Source: a virus
Taxonomy: Duplodnaviria > Caudoviricetes
IMG/VR virus record: IMGVR_UViG_3300037454_000475
Coordinates: 1 to 64,000 of that record
DNA: 64,000 bases
Direction: 5' to 3' (one strand)
This document shows positions 48,222 to 55,341 of this stretch, in pieces; position 1 is the first letter of the stretch, and every line of letters begins with the position of its first letter. A model generated the notes under the pieces. That model worked only from the letters and a program-made list of their open reading frames with translations. It searched no databases and was not told the origin of the DNA. Position numbers and translations under genes: made by a program.

Positions 48222-48540
48222 TAAAAGGTGGGTGAGAACTACGCCCTCACCCGTGGCTGTGCTTCGGTGCCTAACTTTAGGCAGCGATAGCCATTTCAGT
48301 ACGTGCGCCAGTTATTGCGCGGACACCATCTCTTTTGTTCCTTCGGCCGCTGTCAAAACCAAACACCCCCATATGAGAAGGTTTATACGATACCTACAAA
48401 CGTTTGGGGACACCGTATGGCATCGATCCACCACCGATTTTTACGAAATCGGAAACGTCTTTAATTGGCGAAAGAGTGGAGGTGACGGGAGTCGAACCCG
48501 TGTCCAAACGGATTATCTAACAAAATACAAACGATTGTGC
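48222..48540 (-). ncRNA. ssrA: Circularly permuted (two-piece) tmRNA; tag (A)GARTEMAIAA
   Basis: Acceptor piece ending GGACACGGGTTCGACTCCCGTCACCTCCA (48477) precedes GGGGGTGTTTGGTTTTGACAGC (48370); G3:U70; tag ORF 48277-48309. Confidence 0.9.
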
Positions 48541-48544
48541 CATG

Positions 48545-48618
48545 CGGTGTTGAAGGGGCTCGAACCCTCGACCTCCGCCGTGACAGGGCGGCATTCTAAC
48601 CAGCTGAACTACAACACC
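48545..48618 (-). tRNA. tRNA-Asp(GTC)
   Basis: CCGCC-CT GTC AC-GGCGG. Confidence 0.95.
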
Positions 48619-48741
48619 ATATAGAAATCCAACTCAAAAATCCGTAGACGTGGGGGTGAAAAAGGAAAGGAGGTGACCCACAAGCCGTTCGTTCGGCATC
48701 GGATTAAAACCTGTTGGATACTGCGGACGCAGTGGTTTTTG

Positions 48742-48814
48742 CGGGATCAGAAGGAATCGAACCTTCAACCTACGGATTAACAGTCCGGTGCTCTACCGAT
48801 TGAGCTATGAACCC
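48742..48814 (-). tRNA. tRNA-Asn(GTT)
   Basis: CGGA-CT GTT AA-TCCG. Confidence 0.93.
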
Positions 48815-48874
48815 ATATTTTGCAGATTTTATTGTCAGCTGGTAACGTCTGCAAACCTTACTGACAACCTTTCG

Positions 48875-48948
48875 CGGGGGAGGTGGGGATCGAACCCACG
48901 ACCATGTGCTTAACGGGCACCCGCTACGACCAACCGAGCTCCTCCCCC
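48875..48948 (-). tRNA. tRNA-Asn(GTT), divergent (C33)
   Basis: GTGC-CC GTT AA-GCAC. Confidence 0.8.
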
Positions 48949-48959
48949 ATTATTAAAAG

Positions 48960-49032
48960 TACCACCGGTGGGATTCGAACCCACAACCTCACGGTTAAGA
49001 GCCGCGAGCTCTGCCAATTGAGCTACGGAGGT
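48960..49032 (-). tRNA. tRNA-Lys(CTT)
   Basis: CGCGG-CT CTT AA-CCGTG. Confidence 0.93.
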
Positions 49033-49112
49033 ATGATGATCGGATATTGTAGCATTAGGTACAAGTGCACCCTGAGGCATGTTTCACCTCGGATCTCGGC
49101 ATATCCGATTTG

Positions 49113-49185
49113 TGCTCCCGGTGGGACTCGAACCCACAACTCCCACATTAAAAGTGTGGTACTCTGCCAGTTGAGTTACGAAAGC
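49113..49185 (-). tRNA. tRNA-Lys(TTT)
   Basis: CCACA-CT TTT AA-TGTGG. Confidence 0.93.
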
Positions 49186-49236
49186 CTACTGTTTACCTGA
49201 TTTGTCGTCTTCCACGACAGTGCGTTTTCGTCTCAT
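49186..49236 (-). CDS. Candidate micro-ORF MRRKRTVVEDDKSGKQ
   Basis: A-rich leader, ATG, stop abutting tRNA-Lys; duplicated. Confidence 0.45.
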   Translation of the reverse strand: MRRKRTVVEDDKSGKQ

Positions 49237-49278
49237 GTTATTAATTTTTTATTTGTTTCAGTTTAAGTGTGACTTAAT

Positions 49279-49354
49279 TGGTGCTCCCGCAGGGACTCGA
49301 ACCCTGAACTCCCGGAGTAAAAGTCCGGTACTCTACCAATTAAGTTACGAGAGC
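49279..49354 (-). tRNA. tRNA-Lys(TTT)
   Basis: CCGGA-CT TTT AC-TCCGG; CCA. Confidence 0.93.
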
Positions 49355-49404
49355 CAACGTTTACCTGATTTACCGTCCTTTACGGCTTTACGTTTTCGTC
49401 TCAT
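49345..49404 (-). CDS. Candidate micro-ORF MRRKRKAVKDGKSGKRWLS
   Basis: Paralog of 49186-49236; runs 10 nt into tRNA-Lys. Confidence 0.45.
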   Translation of the reverse strand: MRRKRKAVKDGKSGKRWLS

Positions 49405-49463
49405 AGCTTAAATGTTTATTTGATTGTTGTTCGCCCTTTAATTAAAAACACCCTACGAACGTT

Positions 49464-49832
49464 GTACTCGGCAACCTCGGATATTGTGGAGGGCCCATCC
49501 ACGGTTTTGACCAGCTAAAGTTTGATGGTGCTTGGTATCCCAATCTCCACTTGCTCGCCTGCGGATGGCGGATGCCGCTGTGGCCCGGCAACTGGCAACG
49601 GAGTACCCATCCGATCAGGGCCGTGCTGTTCCTTGGCCAACACGGATACCATTTAGACCTCCAATAGTTATCGAAACCTGAAGTATCCACCTACCATCAG
49701 GGGAAGTTTGCAACCTTCCCGGGAATCCAGTTTCAACCTCCCGTCCTTTACACCACCTCGCGCATTTCACGGATCAGCCTTCTCCGGAGTTGCCTTCGCT
49801 CTCACGGCCGCGTGGTTCCACGGATTGGAGTA
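49464..49832 (-). ncRNA. Candidate ~370 nt structured RNA
   Basis: End pairing GGCAAC..CGGA/TCCG..GTTGCC; TGGTATCC/GGATACCA; TGGAGG/CCTCCA. Confidence 0.55.
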
Positions 49833-49841
49833 TTGTTTCTG

Positions 49842-50009
49842 TGATCTCGGTGGGAGTTGAACCCACATTACCATAATCGTTTGCTTTACCACTGCAATGG
49901 TGGGGCGACTAACACGCGTTGTCGCGCTGTCCTCCCCCAAACTTTCAGGTACTACCACTATATCCCAGTGTGAATCTGTTGCAGCATCATCTCTTTGGAG
50001 TACGAGACC
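49842..50009 (-). ncRNA. tRNA-scaffold RNA (~168 nt) with inserts in several arms
   Basis: GGTCTCG/CGAGATC acceptor, GTGGG-TTCAACT-CCCAC T arm. Confidence 0.7.
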
Positions 50010-50020
50010 TTTTAAATATG

Positions 50021-50156
50021 CACCAAGACGAGGATTCGAACCTCGGCCTCAATGTCCTCTCGGGCATTGTATTCTGTCCTCTTTCCATCGTGGCAACTCC
50101 GGCCGGCTGTACAACCAGCTTATTGGTCTTACCACGACTTCATCTAACTACCTTGA
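50021..50156 (-). ncRNA. tRNA-scaffold RNA with ~70 nt D-loop insert and GAGA-capped anticodon arm
   Basis: ATCAAGG/TCTTGGT acceptor, perfect T arm, GTCGTGGTAA/TTGCCACGAT insert helix. Confidence 0.72.
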
Positions 50157-50341
50157 TTGATTGATTATTTCCCTCACTCATCAACCGGTGGTGATTCGCG
50201 ACTCACCACCCGACCCTATTTGCCGGTTCAAACTCTACCGGTGTCGGCTGATTACGTTACGCGGGAGAAGCTACCTCCCTGGAAGGTACTCTACCTTCCC
50301 AAACAGAATTGTTTGTTATGAATGAGTTATTTCCTCAACTT

Positions 50342-50414
50342 GTGGATTGGTGGGATTCGATACCCACATCACGCGGTTGCATACGACCGGAATATTACTT
50401 ATACTTACAATCCA
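50342..50414 (-). ncRNA. Aberrant tRNA-like RNA (8-nt anticodon and T loops)
   Basis: TGGATTG/CAATCCA; GTGGG-TATCGAAT-CCCAC. Confidence 0.6.
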
Positions 50415-50720
50415 TCGGCCTCGAGATTACCATACGTTTCTCCTGTTGGCTGTGCACACCAACAACTCCCCTACGGACGCCATCCTCTGTACTCTGTTGA
50501 CTTTCGGTTTACTGCAGCACCTACATGGTCCAACGTTTCCGTGACTTTACGCGACTGGCTCTTGTGAGAAGACCTCGTTATTATCGGACGCTTTTGCATC
50601 GATTCTTTGTCCGATTGCCTCTTAACCTTGTGTTACGCCTGTGTTCCGGTGGCCGGAGTGGTATCTCCCAATCGAGCTTTTGTACCACTGCTAACACTGC
50701 TCTGAAGAGATTCAAACTTG

Positions 50721-50793
50721 AGCGAAGAATGGGACTCGAACCCACGATCTCGACCTTGGCAAGGTCATATTCTACCAACTGAACTACCTTCGC
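50721..50793 (-). tRNA. tRNA-Gly(GCC)
   Basis: TGACC-TT GCC AA-GGTCG. Confidence 0.95.
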
Positions 50794-50908
50794 ACCGTGG
50801 GGAGGCGATATCTCATCTACCTCCCCGTATATCTTGATCAGCCTTTGACCCACGGTTAATATTCCAGTGAAGGGCAAACCGCATATTATTTCAGGTTGTT
50901 TCGGCTGA

Positions 50909-50947
50909 ATAAGAATCAATCAAATGTCTCCCAATATGTCAAAGAAC
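50909..50947 (-). promoter_or_regulatory. boxA-containing leader, copy 1
   Basis: GTTCTTTGACATATTGGGAGACATTTGATTGATTCTTAT. Confidence 0.8.
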
Positions 50948-50992
50948 CCTTGTTTTATGTTGGTTGGAACGTTTTATCGTTCCTTTCAACGT

Positions 50993-51025
50993 CTATATAT
51001 AATCAACCTCCTGCGAAACTTAACA
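50993..51025 (-). promoter_or_regulatory. Promoter of RNA operon
   Basis: TGTTAA-N18-TATATATAG. Confidence 0.75.
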
Positions 51026-51091
51026 CTCTATCGAAACTTTTTTGAAACTTTTTTGTTTTTTGTTCATTTGCAAGTATTTATAATAGGTATT

Positions 51092-51158
51092 AAAAAAGGT
51101 CATCCGTTTTTGCGAATGACCTTCTTGTGTGGGGGTTATATTTCAAATTGTCATTCGC
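51092..51158 (-). terminator. Attenuator: terminator 51092-51123 and antiterminator strand 51150-51158
   Basis: 11-bp stem plus U tract; upstream GCGAATGAC perfectly complementary to the 5' arm GTCATTCGC. Confidence 0.75.
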
Positions 51159-51164
51159 CTTCTT

Positions 51165-51287
51165 CTATCCCCCTTGCTTGGCATCATAGCCGCAAAATCC
51201 TTCATTACCGAGTACAATGGCGGTATTCATGGCTGCTGGGCGGCTCCATGATTGTTTCAATGTCATTGTATGTAGGGATAAATTCAT
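51165..51287 (-). CDS. Candidate 40-aa leader peptide containing all 20 amino acids
   Basis: MNLSLHTMTLKQSWSRPAAMNTAIVLGNEGFCGYDAKQGG; 31 different sense codons; A-rich start. Confidence 0.7.
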   Translation of the reverse strand: MNLSLHTMTLKQSWSRPAAMNTAIVLGNEGFCGYDAKQGG

Positions 51288-51354
51288 CGAATGATTTTTA
51301 ATTCTTTCTAATATGGATAATAGGACAGGTTTTTTAAGTTTTTAACTTTTTTGC

Positions 51355-51390
51355 AAAAAAATAATGGAGACCATTGCTGATCCCCATTAT
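51355..51390 (-). terminator. Intrinsic terminator after OmpA gene
   Basis: ATAATGGGGA/TCTCCATTAT plus T tract. Confidence 0.8.
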
Positions 51391-51412
51391 ATTTTTGATC
51401 TCCGTGGTTTCG

Positions 51413-52468
51413 TTATTCACGGGTGATCGTTGCGCACCTTGAAAGCTCAACAGTGTCATAGGCATCCAACTTCGTGGTAACCTGAATGTTGGTATACCCA
51501 TTCTGCTCAAGGATGGCTTTCACTGCGGCGGCACGGGCGTTAGCCAAATCGGAGTTGTAATTCTCGGTTCCGGTCTTCGTATCGGCGGATCCAACAATCA
51601 CGATGTTGGCGTTCTTGTCAACATTGGCCATAAAGATATCCAAACGCTGCATCTCCGTGGTAGTAATGGTTGAGCTATTCTTTGCGAAGGTAAGAAGTGT
51701 GTTGTTGGTGTTCACCTCAACAATCTTCTCAACAATCTTTTCGACAATAACGGTATCTCTCTCCACCTCACGGTTCATACATCTCATGCATTCATCGTAC
51801 ATGGTGTAAAGCTCCGAGTATTGCTGGTCGGTATACGTCTTATCGCAGATCACGAAGTTATGGGAACCGGTCTTATTTGACTTAAATCGATAAGCCACGC
51901 CGATGTTGGCCTGAAGATCCGCATGCTTTACCATTGGTTCGATGTGACGGGACTGGAGGATTTCGTGAGATACGACTTGAGGTGTAAACGTAATGTACCA
52001 AGCGCGTTCTTTACCTAAATTGAAATCAAATTCGAGGCCGGCGTTCAATGATATATCGTTGGGGTTACTTGAGTTGAACATATGATCCCATCCGATACCG
52101 GTTACGGTTTGAATTTCAAAAATCCTTGGTTGGCCTTTGTACCCGGCAAACAAATTCATTAGGTTGAACTTGACGTTTCCGTTCAAATTCGTTGCACTGA
52201 TGGCAAAACCGTCCTCGAAGTTAGGTCTCATGTATCCAACCAACGAAAACCCGGTGATAGGGGTAACGTTCTTGCCAAGTTCAAGACCGGCGTTCCAGTC
52301 CAAGGTATTGAACTCAAAATTATCGTAGTTGGAAACAGGGTTGTGAATGGCACCGCCATTGATGCCAACATACATGTTGGAAAAAACACCACCGCGTTCA
52401 ACGGTTTGAGCATTTGTGATTGTGAAAGCCATAAACAAGGCGATCATCAAAGAAATAATTTTCTTCAT
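51413..52468 (-). CDS. OmpA-family outer membrane protein (Bacteroidota type)
   Basis: Signal peptide, beta-barrel region with NLMNLF.GY, C-terminal GSAD..TG...YN..LA..RA. Confidence 0.88.
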   Translation of the reverse strand: MKKIISLMIALFMAFTITNAQTVERGGVFSNMYVGINGGAIHNPVSNYDNFEFNTLDWNAGLELGKNVTPITGFSLVGYMRPNFEDGFAISATNLNGNVKFNLMNLFAGYKGQPRIFEIQTVTGIGWDHMFNSSNPNDISLNAGLEFDFNLGKERAWYITFTPQVVSHEILQSRHIEPMVKHADLQANIGVAYRFKSNKTGSHNFVICDKTYTDQQYSELYTMYDECMRCMNREVERDTVIVEKIVEKIVEVNTNNTLLTFAKNSSTITTTEMQRLDIFMANVDKNANIVIVGSADTKTGTENYNSDLANARAAAVKAILEQNGYTNIQVTTKLDAYDTVELSRCATITRE

Positions 52469-52696
52469 AGTGATTTAATTTTTTATTACGATTAAAGTTT
52501 ATTTGTAAGGTATGTTATAAAATAGAAAAAGTTTTCAGGATTTTTCAATAAACATTGTGTTTATCGAGCACTTCCATAACCAAGTTTTCCGTAACATGCT
52601 CTGAACGAGCAATTTCTGCAATCGTGCATGGCTCGTTTATATACATATATATTATACTGTCGATCTGATCCCTGGTGAGATCCTTATAATTTGATA

Positions 52697-52972
52697 TCAT
52701 GGTTTGGCCTTTTTTCTTTGTATGTGATAAACATATAGGAGTTCAATCCGGTTATTTCCGTATCGCCTTATGTATAAATCCGCCAAATCTCCGGTCTTAC
52801 GTCTCCTGAATGATATCCGATAGTCCTCGAAAAATTCAACGGTGGAATTATCGCAGATATAATCCAAATCCTCCCCGAGATATTCGATATCCGGATTGTC
52901 ATTTGTTTTCACCACCTCCTGTAATTCCGGTAGCGTATACTTCTTTCCAAATAACCGGACTTTTTCCTTCAT
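52697..52972 (-). CDS. Hypothetical protein
   Basis: 91 aa ORF. Confidence 0.65.
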   Translation of the reverse strand: MKEKVRLFGKKYTLPELQEVVKTNDNPDIEYLGEDLDYICDNSTVEFFEDYRISFRRRKTGDLADLYIRRYGNNRIELLYVYHIQRKKAKP

Positions 52973-52973
52973 A

Positions 52974-53651
52974 TTATTTCCACTCGATCAGCTCATGGCC
53001 GTTATCAGTGTCCAGTACAAAAGCCTTACGGCAATCCAAACAAGCGAACTCGTTGGTGATTATAGGGTTTTCCATTTGCTGGGTATGCCCGAAGATTTGA
53101 TATAATCCTTCGATCTTGGAAGAATCATAGTATTCATCCACATCCCCCCATACACAACTGCCACATTTTTCCCAGCCACCTCTATACGGGGATACCTGCA
53201 TCAATGCGTTGTACATTTCGGGGGACATATTGGCGATGTCACAATTCAATAAATCCTCGATGGTGAGGTTATTTGCCTGCAACCATAACGGAAGTACACC
53301 GGAATGGGAGAATAGGATATCACCATCTTTATGGGCGAGCTTGAGGTTCATCCGGACAAGGTATCCGTGGATCTCATCCTTATGATAACGGTCAAATCTG
53401 TCCGCCATGTTACCCATAATATAATTACCATCGTGGTTACCGAATAGGCATACCACCTTATCCGGATGGGTTTCTATGAACGGAACAAGATTATCACGGA
53501 GACGGTGACGGGATGTATCCGTGCTTACTTGGAAGGTATATGGGTCGTGATAATCGCCCAAGAATATGACCTTGTCAAATTCATCAATGTGTTCGCATGG
53601 TTTCATCCAAAAATCACGGCCATGCACATCCGGTATAACGAGTATTTTCAT
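52974..53651 (-). CDS. Calcineurin-like metallophosphoesterase
   Basis: PDVHG, LGDY.D, GNHD, SHSG, FGHT. Confidence 0.88.
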   Translation of the reverse strand: MKILVIPDVHGRDFWMKPCEHIDEFDKVIFLGDYHDPYTFQVSTDTSRHRLRDNLVPFIETHPDKVVCLFGNHDGNYIMGNMADRFDRYHKDEIHGYLVRMNLKLAHKDGDILFSHSGVLPLWLQANNLTIEDLLNCDIANMSPEMYNALMQVSPYRGGWEKCGSCVWGDVDEYYDSSKIEGLYQIFGHTQQMENPIITNEFACLDCRKAFVLDTDNGHELIEWK

Positions 53652-53908
53652 ATCTTTTTGAGTTTGCGTCCATAATAATTATCCATATAACGGAGTTCCG
53701 GAAACAACCTGTAAAAACGTTTCCACGTGGATCTGCCGCGTTTCAGTGACGGAATCCGGATGGAAAACGGAGTATGCCGTCCGTAATGCCAGTCGGCGGG
53801 ATCCGGAACAAACCGGGGACGGTCTTTGTCGGAACTATTATTAAAGTATCCGTTGTTGTCCTTGTATACCGGTTTGGGCATCCGCTTATATTTCCAATAG
53901 TCTCTCAT
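53648..53908 (-). CDS. Hypothetical basic protein
   Basis: 86 aa ORF with ATGA overlaps. Confidence 0.65.
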   Translation of the reverse strand: MRDYWKYKRMPKPVYKDNNGYFNNSSDKDRPRFVPDPADWHYGRHTPFSIRIPSLKRGRSTWKRFYRLFPELRYMDNYYGRKLKKI

Positions 53909-54294
53909 TGGGTTCTTTCCGTGAGTTCGTACACGACTCCGTCAATAACGATGGTTTTCTTTCCGGTGGAATCCTCCGTGACATCCTGTTCCTCCGGTTC
54001 CGGCGAATTGATGATTGCCGCATGAATCGTATCGTCCAGCTCGTATTCATTCCATACCCACCCCGGGAGGCTATCGATGCAACAGTCGTAACGTTTACCG
54101 TTCGCGGTTTTTGTCAACTGAAGCGTGCAGATGTATCCATCTTCCGTGAGGTACCTCGTTTTACTCCTTACACTAAATCCATCATATACGTTGAGGACTT
54201 CAGTTACATCCTGCCTTTCCGTCATGCGTTTTTCGGAATTTCCACAGGCGATCATCGCCAAACACAGTGCGATACAAATCAATAATTTCTTCAT
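53905..54294 (-). CDS. Lipoprotein
   Basis: Signal peptide with MIAC lipobox. Confidence 0.7.
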   Translation of the reverse strand: MKKLLICIALCLAMIACGNSEKRMTERQDVTEVLNVYDGFSVRSKTRYLTEDGYICTLQLTKTANGKRYDCCIDSLPGWVWNEYELDDTIHAAIINSPEPEEQDVTEDSTGKKTIVIDGVVYELTERTQ

Positions 54295-54343
54295 TTCTTT
54301 AAGGTTTAGTTGTTAGTACTTTATAATATCTTCGATTTTCACC

Positions 54344-55204
54344 TTATTCTTCAGATCTTTGTTCGGATAAAACTTGTTCGCCTTGGGTTATCTCCTCCTC
54401 ACCTTCGATATTGTTGTCATATAGGAATGAACGGGACTTGGCCCTGGAGAATGCATATAGCACTGCATGGATTTTTAACTCCTCATATGTTTTTAATTCC
54501 GGATGTTCCTTCTTGGCATGCTCGAGGTTGATTGCATATTGGAAAATGGAATAGTCCACAGTATCCGGTTTGACCTGTTTGAATGTTTCCACGTTTTGAC
54601 ATCCGAGGAGGTGTACCTTTTTGCCGCACTGGCGGGCATAATTCATCATCTTACGGAACTCGTCCCGGTAAAGATGCCAATCCCTTGTCATGGCAAGACC
54701 ACCAATGGCAAGTTTGTCATATAGGTCACTCTCACAAAGACGCTTCCAGTACTCGAATCCTTGGTGCATTTTGAAAACCGGAGTCGGATACCGGCCGGTA
54801 ATCTCCTTGATTTCGTCACGGAGGTAATTCTTGGGCGAAAGAAGATCTTCATCCTTACGGAAATACTCATTATCGAGTTCAAACATCTCACATGGTTTGA
54901 CCACGCGGAGAAGTGCAAGGAATTTACGCCTCATTTTCTCACATGCTTGGTGGAACTTTTCACTATCCGCACCGTATTTGTTTTGAAGCTTGTAAAGGGT
55001 AAAACCTCCGGAGTCGAGATACAAACGTTCCTGACCAACAGTATCATATATGACCTTTGCGGCGTTCTTCGGCATATCCACGGTGGAAATCAATACGGCA
55101 TTATCAAATGTTTTCAAAAGTGTAGGGAGAACCTGTTTCCACCTACCTTTTGAACCACAGGAATATACGAGTCCGCCACCCAGTCCGTATACTAATTTAT
55201 GCAT
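54344..55204 (-). CDS. TGT/DpdA-like deazaguanine transglycosylase
   Basis: LYLDSGGFT, AIGG, KVHLLG, TVDYS; adjacent ParB gene; folE2 in window. Confidence 0.7.
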   Translation of the reverse strand: MHKLVYGLGGGLVYSCGSKGRWKQVLPTLLKTFDNAVLISTVDMPKNAAKVIYDTVGQERLYLDSGGFTLYKLQNKYGADSEKFHQACEKMRRKFLALLRVVKPCEMFELDNEYFRKDEDLLSPKNYLRDEIKEITGRYPTPVFKMHQGFEYWKRLCESDLYDKLAIGGLAMTRDWHLYRDEFRKMMNYARQCGKKVHLLGCQNVETFKQVKPDTVDYSIFQYAINLEHAKKEHPELKTYEELKIHAVLYAFSRAKSRSFLYDNNIEGEEEITQGEQVLSEQRSEE

Positions 55205-55341
55205 ATTTATTTTGTTTTCTTTTCAGTTTTATCCGGATCCTTCTTGCCTTGTTTGATTTCAAACAACCATTTTTCCGGATTGAGGAAACTTTTTATCATT
55301 TCCACGTAGTTTGAGAGATTAACTGGCATGGTGTTTTTAAT

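Noticed and set aside
49186-49404. Hammerhead ribozyme in the Lys-linked repeats
   Set aside because: No CUGANGA/GAAA core in the required arrangement on either strand
35100-51000. RNase P RNA, SRP RNA or rRNA
   Set aside because: No GAGGAAAGTCC/AACCCGGCTTA or full SRP helix-8 motif seen; near-matches at about 35240 and 42460 are incomplete. An Infernal scan is needed to exclude divergent forms
35139-51301. Many 60-160 aa ORF-track entries across the RNA array
   Set aside because: They overlap tRNAs or structured RNAs, are mostly antisense and lack protein-like composition
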